64,000 nucleotides of DNA, taken from the NCBI GenBank assembly GCA_963822965.1, contig CAWGJT010000006.1, forward strand, positions 480,001 to 544,000, read 5' to 3'. The notes beneath the pieces are model-generated. The model was not told the DNA's origin, ran no database searches, and saw nothing but the letters and a program-made list of their open reading frames with translations. Source of the stretch: an uncultured delta proteobacterium (GTDB lineage: Bacteria; Myxococcota_A; UBA9160; UBA4427). This document shows positions 1 through 10,084 of this stretch, in pieces (the stretch's first letter is position 1; every line of letters starts with the position of its first letter). The position numbers were made by a program, and so were the translations under genes.

Positions 1-1
1 G

Positions 2-1606
2 GAAGCCACGCGGGACAAGCTCCTGGTCGCCGCGTCCATCGCCGGCGCTGACCGGGCCTGGATGTTCACGATCGATCCGAGGGGCGTCGAGCCCAACCGT
101 CCCTACGGCTGGAGCCGCGACGGCGACCTGTCGTGGATGGCGGGGATCGACCAGGACTCCGACACGTTCCGATGGGCGCTGCCCTCCCTGATGGAGGGGC
201 AGGTGCTGAACGTCCCCCGCGTGGCGGACCTCCCCGATGACGCGATCAACGAGCGCGGACACCTGTTGCGGCGGGGCGTGCGCTCGTTCCTCGGCGTCCC
301 GCTCCTGTCCGGCCGCCGCTTCGTGGGCATGATGGGCTTCGAGCTGACCTCCCGCGAGCAGCGCTGGTCCACCGAGGTCGTGACGCTGGTGCGTCTCGCG
401 GGCGGCATCTTCGTGAGCGCGCTGCGCCGCGAGCAGTCGGAGGTCGAGCTCGAGCGCAGCCAGAGCCAGCTGCTGCAGTCCCAGAAGATGGAGGCCGTCG
501 GCACCCTGGCGGGCGGCATCGCCCACGACTTCAACAACCACCTGGCCGTGATGCTGGGCAACGCCCGCTTCGTGGCGAGCAGCGTCGAGTCGGACGCCGA
601 GGTGCGCGAGGCCCTCGCCGACCTTCAGCGTTCGGCCGAGCACTGCGCCCAGCTGACCCGTTCCCTGCTGGCCTTCTCGCGCCGCAGTCCCGTCACCATC
701 CAGGTGGTGGAGGTGGCGCAGGAGATGGCCGCGGTCGCGGATCTGGTGCGGCCGCTGCTGCCCAGCGCCATCACCCTCGAGGTGGCGGCACGCGAGCTGA
801 CCGACGGGGTTCGCGCGGACCCTACGCAGCTGCGCCAGGTGCTGATCAACCTGCTGGTGAACGCACGCGACGCCATGCCGGAGGGAGGCCGGCTCCGGGT
901 GGAGTCCGGCCGGCGCCACATCTCGACCCAGGAGGCCTGGTCGCTCGGCCTGTCCGGGGCGGGCTACTACGTGGAGATCCAGGTCAGCGACGACGGCGAG
1001 GGCATGTCGGAGGAGACCCGTTCGCGGATCTTCGAGCCGTTCTTCACCACGAAGCGCCTGGGAGAGGGCACCGGACTCGGGCTCGCGACCGCCTACGGGA
1101 TCATCCAGCAGTGCCACGGCGCGATCACCGTCGAGAGCGAGCTCGGCCGGGGAGCCCGCTTCCGCCTGCTGCTTCCCCTGGCGGAGAACGCCGAGGGGTC
1201 GCGGGAGCCCGCGGTCGTGCCCGACCCGGTGCCCGGAACCGAGACGCTGTTGCTCGTCGAAGACGAGCCCGCCGTGCGCCGGCTCCTGAGCCGCACCCTG
1301 CGGCGGCAGGGCTATCGGGTCCTCGAAGCCGAGAACGGCCTGGCCGCCCTGGAGGTGGCCGACGGTGCGGGGTCCGAGATCGATCTGCTCGTCACCGATC
1401 TCGCGATGCCACACCTCGGCGGCGTCGATCTCGCCGCCAAGCTGCAGGCGGTGCGCCCGGACCTGCGCGTGCTCCTTCTCTCGGGACACGCCGCGCCCCA
1501 CGACGGCTCGGCGGACGCCGAGATCCGCGGCGCCCGCTTCCTGCAGAAGCCCTTCGACGACCAGGCGCTGCTGCGCGAGGTGCGGCTCCTGCTGGACCGG
1601 GAGTGA
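2..1606 (+). CDS. Hybrid sensor histidine kinase/response regulator (GAF-HisKA-HATPase-REC), 5'-truncated by window edge
   Basis: H-box AGGIAHDFNNHL, N-box QVLINLLVNARDAM, G-boxes DDGEGM/FFTTK/GTGLGL, C-terminal receiver LLVEDE...LLVTDLAMP...KPF; frame is open from position 2. Confidence 0.95.
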   Translation, partial: EATRDKLLVAASIAGADRAWMFTIDPRGVEPNRPYGWSRDGDLSWMAGIDQDSDTFRWALPSLMEGQVLNVPRVADLPDDAINERGHLLRRGVRSFLGVPLLSGRRFVGMMGFELTSREQRWSTEVVTLVRLAGGIFVSALRREQSEVELERSQSQLLQSQKMEAVGTLAGGIAHDFNNHLAVMLGNARFVASSVESDAEVREALADLQRSAEHCAQLTRSLLAFSRRSPVTIQVVEVAQEMAAVADLVRPLLPSAITLEVAARELTDGVRADPTQLRQVLINLLVNARDAMPEGGRLRVESGRRHISTQEAWSLGLSGAGYYVEIQVSDDGEGMSEETRSRIFEPFFTTKRLGEGTGLGLATAYGIIQQCHGAITVESELGRGARFRLLLPLAENAEGSREPAVVPDPVPGTETLLLVEDEPAVRRLLSRTLRRQGYRVLEAENGLAALEVADGAGSEIDLLVTDLAMPHLGGVDLAAKLQAVRPDLRVLLLSGHAAPHDGSADAEIRGARFLQKPFDDQALLREVRLLLDRE

Positions 1607-1650
1607 CACCGCCCGCCGAGCCGCGGGCGGCCCGGCCATCCGACTCCTCG

Positions 1651-2072
1651 CCCCAATGCGTCGCTCAGGGTGCTTCCTGCGTGCCGCAGGCCCTGCCAGC
1701 CCTTACGGATCGTGAGAGAACGGCGGAACCAGCCTGAGCGCGACAACCTCATTCCCATGAGGTCCTGGCGTCGGGCTCGGATCGCGGCACGGACCGAGCA
1801 AGACGCAGCGATTCGACAGGCATTGGCAGTTGCGCCCTGATCCGCATGACGGATCAGGGCTGGCCCCAATGCGTCGCTCAGGGTGCTTCCTGCGTGCCGC
1901 AGGCCCTGCCAGCCCTTACGGATCGTGAGAGAACGGCGGAACCAGCCTGAGCGCGACAACCTCATTCCCATGAGGTCCTGGCGTCGGGCTCGGATCGCGG
2001 CACGGACCGAGCAAGACGCAGCGATTCGACAGGCATTGGCAGTTGCGCCCTGATCCGCATGACGGATCAGGG
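1651..2072. mobile_element. Two identical tandem 209-bp MITE-like elements (1651-1859, 1864-2072) with IS1380-type ends
   Basis: Perfect 213-bp-period duplication; left end CCCCAATGCGTC and right end ATGACGGATCAGGG resemble the IS1380 IRs at 10085/11614; flanks and spacer are CTCG/CTGG/CTAC. Confidence 0.7.
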
Positions 2073-2095
2073 CTACGCGGGCCTCCGCTCGCAGC

Positions 2096-3691
2096 TCAGT
2101 CGGCCGCCCGCTCCCGGCGCTCGTACCACGTGAACACCAGCGCTCCCGAGCGCGTCGGCGGGTAGTCCTGGTAGCCCGGGAGATCGTGTACGTCGAGGAC
2201 CGCCCGGCGCGGCGCGTACTCTCGAACGAACGCGGGATCCTCGGCGATCTCGAGGTCCGACAGGAACCAGGGATTCGAGGCCGGGACGCCCGCCGCGGGC
2301 CCGAGGATCAGGTAGTCCGGACGCTGCGCGAGCACGTAGGCGCCGTCGCCCCGGGCGTGCCCCGGCAGTCGCTGTCCGGGAAGGCGCAGCGGGCCCATGG
2401 GTCGACGCGCGATGTGCGCGTCGTTCAGGCCGAGCATGTCCAGGTAGCGCAGGTCCGGCGCGTGGTAGGGCGTGGAGCCCGCCGTGTTGAGGGCCACCAG
2501 GGAGCCCGGACGCCAGGCTCGAGCGATGTAGCGACCGACGGCGGTGCCGACGAACGAGGTGGCGTTGCGGTGTGCACCCGAGACGTGGGGCCAGACGAGC
2601 TGCAGGGCCAGGGCGAGCGAGACGCCCCCGGCGACCGCCAACCGGCTGCGGGCCCCGAGCCGCTCGAGGTCGGGGCGCCACAGCGCGAAGGCGAGCCAGC
2701 AGGACAGGGGCAGCACCGGTACCAGCAGGCGGTGCAGGGGCATCTGGTCGCCGCCCACGTAGACGATCCACGCCGCGTGCAGCGCGAGGGCGGTGAGCGC
2801 GAACGCCTGGCCCCGGGTGAGTCGCCGTGCGAGGCCGGCCCGCAGCGCACCGGCCATCGCCCACGCCAGCGCGAACGGCGGCGTCGCCAGGAAACCGCCC
2901 AGGTAGCGCACGCCGGCGGCCAGCCGCCAGCCACTCGGGTCGCTGGCCTTCACGTACCAGGTATTGGGCAGCAGATCGCCGTAGTAGACCCCCTTCCAGA
3001 CGAGCCAGGGCGCGAGCAGCACGGCAACCGGCGCCGCGAAGACGGCCGCCGACGAGACCCGCGCGCGCAGACGGCCCGGCTGCGTGAGCAGGAACGCGAC
3101 CGCGGCGGCGACGAAGATTCCCGCGTCGAGACGCGTGAGACACGCCAGCCCGAGGCAGCCCCCGGCCAGGGCCAGGGGGCGGCGCGCCGGCAGCGATGCG
3201 TCGGACAAGGCGTCGCAGACGCCGAGCGCCCCGACGGTGACGAGCAGCGCCACGAGGGGTGCCTCGAGCCCGCCGAAGACCCAGGCAACCAGCGGAATCG
3301 AAGCGACCGAGGCCACCACCGGCAGCGACGCCAGGTCCGGCGTCGCCCAGCGTCTCGAAGCCCGCGCGCGCAACAGGCCGAAGGCGAGGAGTCCGCACCA
3401 CGCCGCGAAGGAGACGATTCGCACGGCCCGCACAAGATCCACGCCGACGGCGCCGAGCCCGGTGGTCAGCAGGAGCTGCAGGAAGTTCGTGTAGCCCTCG
3501 ACGCGATCCCCCGGGTTCCAGGCGACCCCGTTTCCCGCGAGCCAGTTCTGGGCGTATCGCAGGCTGATGAACGCGTCGTCGTGCAGGAAGCCCGCGTTCC
3601 AGGCCACCGCCCGCCAGACGACCACGAAGCCGGCGCCCCACACGAGCGCGGCACCGAGGATCACCGTGCCCCACCGGGTACCGCTCCTCAT
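2096..3691 (-). CDS. GT-C fold multi-pass membrane glycosyltransferase (arabinofuranosyltransferase-like)
   Basis: N-terminal DDAFISLRYAQN...VEGYTNFL motif, many TM helices, LLPNTWYVK, GGD, DMLGLND motifs. Confidence 0.75.
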   Translation of the reverse strand: MRSGTRWGTVILGAALVWGAGFVVVWRAVAWNAGFLHDDAFISLRYAQNWLAGNGVAWNPGDRVEGYTNFLQLLLTTGLGAVGVDLVRAVRIVSFAAWCGLLAFGLLRARASRRWATPDLASLPVVASVASIPLVAWVFGGLEAPLVALLVTVGALGVCDALSDASLPARRPLALAGGCLGLACLTRLDAGIFVAAAVAFLLTQPGRLRARVSSAAVFAAPVAVLLAPWLVWKGVYYGDLLPNTWYVKASDPSGWRLAAGVRYLGGFLATPPFALAWAMAGALRAGLARRLTRGQAFALTALALHAAWIVYVGGDQMPLHRLLVPVLPLSCWLAFALWRPDLERLGARSRLAVAGGVSLALALQLVWPHVSGAHRNATSFVGTAVGRYIARAWRPGSLVALNTAGSTPYHAPDLRYLDMLGLNDAHIARRPMGPLRLPGQRLPGHARGDGAYVLAQRPDYLILGPAAGVPASNPWFLSDLEIAEDPAFVREYAPRRAVLDVHDLPGYQDYPPTRSGALVFTWYERRERAAD

Positions 3692-3792
3692 CGCGGCCGT
3701 AGCTTAGGCCGCTTCGCGGTGGGAGACCTGATAACCTGCCCCTCCTCTTGGAAGCTTCCCCGCGAATCCTCCCCGTACTCGGCGGGCTCCCG

Positions 3793-6093
3793 ATGGTCCT
3801 CGTGCTGCTCGCCGGCGTCGGCTGCGACGGAGCCCCGAGCGGCGGCGTGCTGGGACGCCCCCCGTCGGCTCCCGCCGTCCGTCTCGTCGACCGGTCCGGC
3901 GAGGTGAGCCCCGCCGCCGAGGAGACGAGCGGCGGGAGCCGGCAGACGCCGCCCGCCCCGGACCCGGCCCTCGCTCGCTTCGATGGCGAGGCCCTGCGGA
4001 CGTGGAAGCGCGAGACGCGGGACGGGGCGCTCCACATCGAGAGCCCCCACCTGGCCCCGTACGGGCTTCGAGGCGCCGGCAGCCTGCACCTGCGTCTCTC
4101 GCCCGGCGGCGCCACGCGCGTCGTGCTCACGCCCCTCAGCGAGGGGAGCCAGCTCGCGCGCGAGCAGCGTGCACTCCGGAGCCTCGAGCTCTCCCTCGAA
4201 CGGGACGCCGACCCGGACGCGCCCGTCGATCTGACCGTCGATCTGAACGAGGCCCTGCACGGAAACTTCGGGGACGCCGGACGCGGGGGACGCCTGGCGA
4301 AGCTCGAGATCGGGCTGCCCGGAGCCGACCCCGAGCGGGTCGTCCTGCACGCGCTCGCCGTCGAGACCCGGTCGCCGCTGCCGGCAGACGCTCTCGCCGC
4401 CCCGGTGGTCGCCGACCACCGGGGCGGCCTGCGCGCCGCCTGGGCGGTGCGCGGCGGTGCGAGCGTGGAGCTCGCACTGCAGCTGCCTGCCGGCGCGCCC
4501 GAGCTCCGCTGGCTCGACGCCGCCACCCCCGACACCGGAGCGAGACGCGTCGAAGTGATCGACGGGTCGGCCACGACCCTGCTGGCGGCGGAGGGCCCGG
4601 CCGCGGGAAGCCTCGCGGCGGACTGGACGCCGCGCCGTGCCTCCCTCTCGCGCTGGTCCGGCCAGGCGGTGCGCCTGCGGCTCGCGGTCGACGGATCCGG
4701 CGTCGGCTTCTTCGGCGAGCCGACGGTGATGGACACGAGGGCCGCCAGCGACGCCGACGTCCCCGACGTCCTCGTCTATCTCATCGACACCCTGCGCGCG
4801 GACCATCTGGGCGCCGGCGGCAGCCCGCTGCCCGGGGTCTCTCCGACCATCGACCGGCTGGCCCGGGAGGGCGTCTTCTTCGGCCGCGCCCAGAGCAGCT
4901 CGCCGTGGACGAAGCCGGCAATCGCCACGCTCATGAGCGGCATCCTGCCCCTCACGCATCGCGTCGGCGCGACGAGCTACACGGACCGCATGCCGGCGAG
5001 CGTGCCCCTCCTGCAGGAGCGCTTCCGGGACGCCGGCTGGCGGACGGGCTCGTTCTCCGCGAGCCCGCTCGGCAGCACCCTCTCGGGTCTCGAGCGCGGC
5101 TTCGACGCCGCCTTCCCGCCCCGCTTCTGGCAGGGCCGTGCGCAGCTGGACACGAATCCCTCCGCGGACCAGCTGCACGCCGCGCTGCTGGCGTGGATCG
5201 ACGAGCAGCCGGACCGCCCCTTCTTCGCATACGTACACACCCTCGAGGTCCACGAGTGGAAGCTGCCGCGCTACCAGACGGGAAGACCCGAAGGCTTCAG
5301 CGCCTACGACGCGGCGATCCGGGACGCGGATCGCCAGCTGGGCGCGCTGCTGGCAGCCCTCGCGAAGCGCGATCGTCCCCTCGTGCTGGTGCTGACCTCG
5401 GACCACGGCGAATCCTGGGGCGATCACGGACTCCCGAGCCACGGCTTCGGGCTCTACCAGTCCCAGATCCACATTCCACTGATCTTCTGGAAGTCCGGGG
5501 ACGGGGCTCTGGGGTCCGCGAAGGTGACGACGCCCGTGAGCCTCTCCGATCTCGCGCCCAGCCTGCTCGAGGGCTTCGGCCTGCCGCCCCTCGAAGAGTC
5601 GGACGGGGTCAGCCTGGTGCCCGGGCTGGCCGGCGGCGAGCTCGCGCGCGGCCCCGTGCTGTCCGCGCTGCTCCGCTTCGTGTGGGCACCCGACGCGCCC
5701 CGCCAGTACGCGGTGACCACGCCCGAGCAGCGGGTCTCGATCCGACCGGAGGGAGGCCGCGAACGCAGCTACGACCTCGTCGTCGATCCCCGGGAGCTGC
5801 GCCCGCTGGCACGACCCGACCCCGCCGCGGCTCGCGCCCTCGACGGGATGCTCGCGCGCCAGGCCCAGCGGGCCGCCGCCTTCGACGCGCGACACGGCCC
5901 GGTCGTTCCCGGTCCCGTGACCGCGGAGGACTCCGCCCGCCTGCGCGCCCTGGGCTACCTCGGAGACCCGGGGCCGGCGGAGCGCACCCCGGAAGGCGCC
6001 GGTCCCGAAGGGTCCGGCGAGGGCGACCGGGCGGGCAGCGCGGCGCGCGCATCGGACCCGGCGCCGTCGAGCGCCCGTCCGCCCGGCCCGTAG
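3793..6093 (+). CDS. Sulfatase-like hydrolase/transferase (alkaline phosphatase superfamily), probable lipoprotein
   Basis: Lipobox-like LLAGVGC; IDTLRADH, SPWTKPAIATLMSG, TSDHGE, HG..LY, HIPLI motifs; C-terminal LRALGY; start codon uncertain (3748 or 3793). Confidence 0.85.
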   Translation: MVLVLLAGVGCDGAPSGGVLGRPPSAPAVRLVDRSGEVSPAAEETSGGSRQTPPAPDPALARFDGEALRTWKRETRDGALHIESPHLAPYGLRGAGSLHLRLSPGGATRVVLTPLSEGSQLAREQRALRSLELSLERDADPDAPVDLTVDLNEALHGNFGDAGRGGRLAKLEIGLPGADPERVVLHALAVETRSPLPADALAAPVVADHRGGLRAAWAVRGGASVELALQLPAGAPELRWLDAATPDTGARRVEVIDGSATTLLAAEGPAAGSLAADWTPRRASLSRWSGQAVRLRLAVDGSGVGFFGEPTVMDTRAASDADVPDVLVYLIDTLRADHLGAGGSPLPGVSPTIDRLAREGVFFGRAQSSSPWTKPAIATLMSGILPLTHRVGATSYTDRMPASVPLLQERFRDAGWRTGSFSASPLGSTLSGLERGFDAAFPPRFWQGRAQLDTNPSADQLHAALLAWIDEQPDRPFFAYVHTLEVHEWKLPRYQTGRPEGFSAYDAAIRDADRQLGALLAALAKRDRPLVLVLTSDHGESWGDHGLPSHGFGLYQSQIHIPLIFWKSGDGALGSAKVTTPVSLSDLAPSLLEGFGLPPLEESDGVSLVPGLAGGELARGPVLSALLRFVWAPDAPRQYAVTTPEQRVSIRPEGGRERSYDLVVDPRELRPLARPDPAAARALDGMLARQAQRAAAFDARHGPVVPGPVTAEDSARLRALGYLGDPGPAERTPEGAGPEGSGEGDRAGSAARASDPAPSSARPPGP

Positions 6094-6135
6094 CTTCCGG
6101 GCCGGGTGCTGCCAGCGCCTTGCTACGCTCGCGAG

Positions 6136-7221
6136 ATGGCCGCCCGCTCTCAGAAGAAGACCGCCCGCAGCGCGGGCGCGAAGAAGAAGGGGAAGAGCCG
6201 CAAGCCGGCGTCGGCCGCCCAGGCCCGGCGCCGGGCCGTCCGCAAGAAGTCGGGGGCCGGACGCAAGCGGCTCACGCCGGGCCGGGAGAAGCGCGGACTG
6301 ACCGGCGAGCAGGTCGCCCTCGCTCTCGACGCGCCGGAGCTCAGGGCCCTCCGCGCCGAGATCGAGGCCGCGGGCGGTGCAGCGCTCGGCGCCTATCACG
6401 AGCCCCTCTCGGGTCACGCCATCCTGCTGGCCTCGCTCCCCCTGAAGGCCGTGGAGCCCACGCCGTTCCAGCGCAACCTCTCGCCCACCCACGTGAAGCG
6501 CCTGGCCGCCAAGATCGACGAGAGCGGCTCGTTCCTCGACCCCATCATCGTGGTGCGCGGCGAGCAGGGCGGCTTCTGGACGCCGAACGGCCGCCACCGC
6601 CTGGCCGCCGCGAAGGTGCTCGGGCTGCAGCAGATCACCGCGCTCGTCTCGCCCGACGAGCAGCTGGCCTTCCGGATCCTCGCCCTCAACACCGAGAAGG
6701 CCCACAACCTGAAGGACCGCAGCCTCGAGGTCATCCGCATGGCGCGGGAGCTGGCCCGCCGCCACAAGAAGGCGCGCGAATCCGACTACACCGCGGAGCT
6801 CGAATCGCCGGAGCTGCTCACCCTCGGCATCATCTACGAGGACGACGGCCGCTTCGCCGGCGGCGCCTACGGCTCGTTCCTGAAGAAGGTCGACCGCTGG
6901 AGCACGAAGAGCCTGGTGGCCAGCCTGCGAGAGCGCGAGGGCCTGGCGTCCCGGCTCGTGGCCATCGACCGGGACGTGAAGCGCATCGTCTCGGAGCTGC
7001 AGGAGCGCGGCTTCAAGTCGCCCTATCTCAAGGCCTACGTGGTGGCGCGCATCAACCCCGTTCGCTTCCACCGCGCCAAGAAGGGCGACACGAAGCCCCC
7101 CATGACCCTGGCCGCCGCGCTCACCCGCATGGCGGCCTCGGCCCGCAACTTCGACACCGCCTCGGTGCGCTCGGGCGAGCTGGCGCTGGTGGCCGCCGTG
7201 GCGAGCGGAGACGAAGACTGA
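6136..7221 (+). CDS. ParB N-terminal domain protein with Lys/Ala/Arg-rich N-terminal tail
   Basis: PTPFQRNLS, FLDPIIV, TPNGRHRLAA (ParB/Srx GxxR patch), LALNTEKAH. Confidence 0.85.
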   Translation: MAARSQKKTARSAGAKKKGKSRKPASAAQARRRAVRKKSGAGRKRLTPGREKRGLTGEQVALALDAPELRALRAEIEAAGGAALGAYHEPLSGHAILLASLPLKAVEPTPFQRNLSPTHVKRLAAKIDESGSFLDPIIVVRGEQGGFWTPNGRHRLAAAKVLGLQQITALVSPDEQLAFRILALNTEKAHNLKDRSLEVIRMARELARRHKKARESDYTAELESPELLTLGIIYEDDGRFAGGAYGSFLKKVDRWSTKSLVASLREREGLASRLVAIDRDVKRIVSELQERGFKSPYLKAYVVARINPVRFHRAKKGDTKPPMTLAAALTRMAASARNFDTASVRSGELALVAAVASGDED

Positions 7222-7259
7222 GCGATTCCGCCCCGCGATCGGCGCTCGCGGAGCCGCGG

Positions 7260-9050
7260 GTGCAGGACGCGCTCATCCTCGCGGTGCTGGCCGTGCTGGC
7301 GGCGGGCATGGCCGCCTGGACGTGGCGTGCCTGGCCCGATCCGTTGATCGACTTCGGCCGGGAGGCCTACGTGGCCTGGCGGCTGTCGGAAGGCGACGTG
7401 CTGCATCGGGACGTCGTCTACGTGAGCGGCCCGCTCTCGCCGTACTGGAACGCGCTGGCGTTCCGGATCTTCGGGGCGGGGCTCGACACGCTCTTCGCCG
7501 TCAACGCCGCGATCCTCGCCGCGCTGGTGGGGGTCTGGGTCGCGCTCCTGCGGCGTGTCGCAGACCGCACCGCCGCCTTCGCGGGGGGCGCCGTCTTCGT
7601 GCTGCTCTTCGCCTTCGCCCAGTACGTGGGCATCGGCAACTACAACTACCTGGCTCCCTACTCGCACGAGCTGCCCCACGGTCTGCTGCTGGCCTCGATC
7701 GGCTTCCTCTGCGCGGCGCGGGGCCGGTGGGGCCTGGCGGGCTTCCTGCTGGGGCTCGTCGCGCTCACCAAGATCGAGGTCTTCGCGGCGGCGGCCGCCG
7801 CCAACGCCGTGGGTCTCGCGGGGCGGGCCTGGCAGGACCCGTCGCGCGCGGCGCGGCGCACGGGCCTGTTCGCGGCGGGCTTCGCGGTGCCCATCGCCAT
7901 CGCCGTGGCGGCCCTGGCCGTGCCGCTCTCCGCCGGTGAAGCGGCGCGGGCGGTGGCGATCTCCTGGCTTCGCCTGCTGGGCGACGACCTGGCCGCCCTG
8001 CCCTTCTACCGGCGCGGCCTCGGCAGCGACGACCTGGCGGGCAACCTCGCCCGCGCCGCCACGTGGGCGCTGCGCATCGGTGCGCTCTTCCTCCTGCCGG
8101 CAGTGGCGGCGTTCGCGCCCAGGGAAGGGCGTCTCGGACGGCTCGGCCGCACGGGCCTCGCCGTCGTCGCAGCCGCCGTGATGGCCGGGGGAACCGGTCT
8201 CTTCGTGGGCCGGATCGGCTGGCTGCAGGCGGCGCGCCCGCTTCCCTTCTTCGGCCTGGGGGCCATGGCGGTCTGCCTCTTCCGGCTGTTCCGCAGGCGA
8301 TCTGCCGGCCCCGGATCGGACCCCCGGGAGCAGGACCGCGTGCTGCTACAGGCGATGCTCGTCACGTTCGCGACCGTGCTGCTCGCGAAGATCTTCTTCC
8401 TGGCGCGCATCTACCACTACGGCTTCGCGCTGGCGCTGCCCGCCACGCTGCTCTTCGTGGCGGCGCTGGTGTCGTGGATTCCCGCCGCGATCGACCGGCG
8501 CGGAGGCTGCGGCGCGGTGTTCCGGGGCGCGGCCCTGGGGGTGCTGGCGGTGGCAGTCGTCGGCCACGGGCTCGCGATGGCACCCTACTTCGCGGTCAAG
8601 ACCGGATGGCTCGGCGGCCCCCACGACCGCTTCCGCCTGCAGCCGGGCCTGGCGCGCGTGCTGGGCGTGGTGCTCGCCGACGTCGAGTCGCACACGCGGC
8701 CGGACGAGAGCCTGCTCGTGCTGCCCGAGGGCGTGATGCTCAACTTCCTCGCCCGCCGGCCCACGCCGACGCCGCACTTCAGCTTCAACCCCTTCGAGCT
8801 GCACGTCTACGGCGAGGCCGAGATGCTGCATGCCCTGCAGGCCAGCCCGCCCGCCGCCGTGGTGCTCGTCCACCAGGACACGAGCGAGCACGGCGCCCGC
8901 TTCCTGGGACGCGACTACGGGCGCGATCTCCTCGCGTGGGTCCGAGGCGCGTATCACACCCGCCGTCAGCTGGGCGAGCCGCCCCTCGAGCCCGACACGC
9001 GCTTCGGGGTGGCGATCCTGGCGCCCGGGCGGAAACCGGGAGATCCCTGA
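7260..9050 (+). CDS. GT-C (ArnT/PMT-like) membrane glycosyltransferase
   Basis: DFGREAYVAWRLSEG..LHRDV..GPLSPY motif and multiple TM helices; GTG start inferred inside the long 4002-9050 frame. Confidence 0.7.
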   Translation: MQDALILAVLAVLAAGMAAWTWRAWPDPLIDFGREAYVAWRLSEGDVLHRDVVYVSGPLSPYWNALAFRIFGAGLDTLFAVNAAILAALVGVWVALLRRVADRTAAFAGGAVFVLLFAFAQYVGIGNYNYLAPYSHELPHGLLLASIGFLCAARGRWGLAGFLLGLVALTKIEVFAAAAAANAVGLAGRAWQDPSRAARRTGLFAAGFAVPIAIAVAALAVPLSAGEAARAVAISWLRLLGDDLAALPFYRRGLGSDDLAGNLARAATWALRIGALFLLPAVAAFAPREGRLGRLGRTGLAVVAAAVMAGGTGLFVGRIGWLQAARPLPFFGLGAMAVCLFRLFRRRSAGPGSDPREQDRVLLQAMLVTFATVLLAKIFFLARIYHYGFALALPATLLFVAALVSWIPAAIDRRGGCGAVFRGAALGVLAVAVVGHGLAMAPYFAVKTGWLGGPHDRFRLQPGLARVLGVVLADVESHTRPDESLLVLPEGVMLNFLARRPTPTPHFSFNPFELHVYGEAEMLHALQASPPAAVVLVHQDTSEHGARFLGRDYGRDLLAWVRGAYHTRRQLGEPPLEPDTRFGVAILAPGRKPGDP

Positions 9051-9127
9051 AGGCGAGCGGGGCACGCGACGAGGTCCGGACCCGCCAGGCGATGCGCGCC
9101 GACTCCGCCCGTGCCACGCTCGACCTC

Positions 9128-10084
9128 GTGCCGGAGCTACCGGACATCCGCGTCTATCTCGACTGCCTCGAGCCGCGCATCCTGGGCCAGCCCCTCGAGC
9201 GCGTCCGCCTGCAGAGCGTGTCGCTGCTGCGGACCGCCGTGCCCCCCATCGCCCTCGCCGAGGGCCGGCGGGTCACGTCCCTGCGGCGGGTGGGCAAGCG
9301 CATCGCCATCGGTCTGGCAGGCGACGCTCCCGGCGAAGAGCTCTTCCTCCTCTTGCACCTGATGATCGCCGGCCGCCTGCGCTGGCGTCCGCCCGGCGCG
9401 AAGCCGCCCGGGAAGCGTTGCCACGCCGTCTTCGACTTTCCGACGGGATGCCTGCTGCTCACCGAGGCCAGCACCCGGAAGCGCGCGATGCTCCACTTCC
9501 TGCGCGGCCAAGCCGCCCTGGCCGAGCACGACCCGGGCGGGCTCGAGATCGCCGACGCCACCCTCGCGAGCTTCCGGGAAGCCCTCACCCGGGAGAACCA
9601 CACCCTGAAGCGCGCCCTCACCGATCCGCACCTGCTCTCGGGCATCGGCAACGCCTATTCGGACGAGATCCTGCACCGCGCAAGGCTCTCGCCCGTGAAG
9701 CTCACCAGCCGCCTCGACGACGCCGAGCTCGAGCGCCTCTTCCAGGCCACCCACGAGGTGCTCGACGAGTGGACCCTCCGCCTGCGCGCGGCCGTGGGCG
9801 ACGGGTTCCCCGACAAGGTGACGGCCTTCCACCCGGAGATGGCGGTGCACGGGCGCCACCGACAGCCCTGCCCGGTGTGCGGCTCTCCGGTACAGCGCAT
9901 CGTCCGCCAGGACCACGAGACGAACTACTGCGCGACCTGTCAGACGGGGGGCAAGCTGCTGGCGGACCGCGCCCTGTCGCAGCTCCTCAAGAAGGACTGG
10001 CCGCGCACCCTCGACGAGCTCGAGATGCGCCGCACCACCGGCGCCAGCCCCCGGCCCGGGAGCCGCCGCCGCCCGGGCACCTAG
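9128..10084 (+). CDS. Fpg/Nei family DNA glycosylase/AP lyase
   Basis: N-terminal (M)PELPD, HLMIAG, SGIGNAYSDEIL H2TH motif, C-terminal CPVC...CATCQ zinc finger. Confidence 0.95.
   Translation: MPELPDIRVYLDCLEPRILGQPLERVRLQSVSLLRTAVPPIALAEGRRVTSLRRVGKRIAIGLAGDAPGEELFLLLHLMIAGRLRWRPPGAKPPGKRCHAVFDFPTGCLLLTEASTRKRAMLHFLRGQAALAEHDPGGLEIADATLASFREALTRENHTLKRALTDPHLLSGIGNAYSDEILHRARLSPVKLTSRLDDAELERLFQATHEVLDEWTLRLRAAVGDGFPDKVTAFHPEMAVHGRHRQPCPVCGSPVQRIVRQDHETNYCATCQTGGKLLADRALSQLLKKDWPRTLDELEMRRTTGASPRPGSRRRPGT

Noticed and set aside
1650..2074. Possible CRISPR array or ncRNA array
   Set aside because: Only two identical 209-bp units with no unique spacers and no cas genes; IS-like ends explain it better
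4002..9050. 1682-aa giant ORF
   Set aside because: The N-terminal two-thirds is an Arg/Pro/Gly-rich shadow frame over the sulfatase and ParB genes; only 7260-9050 looks like a real protein
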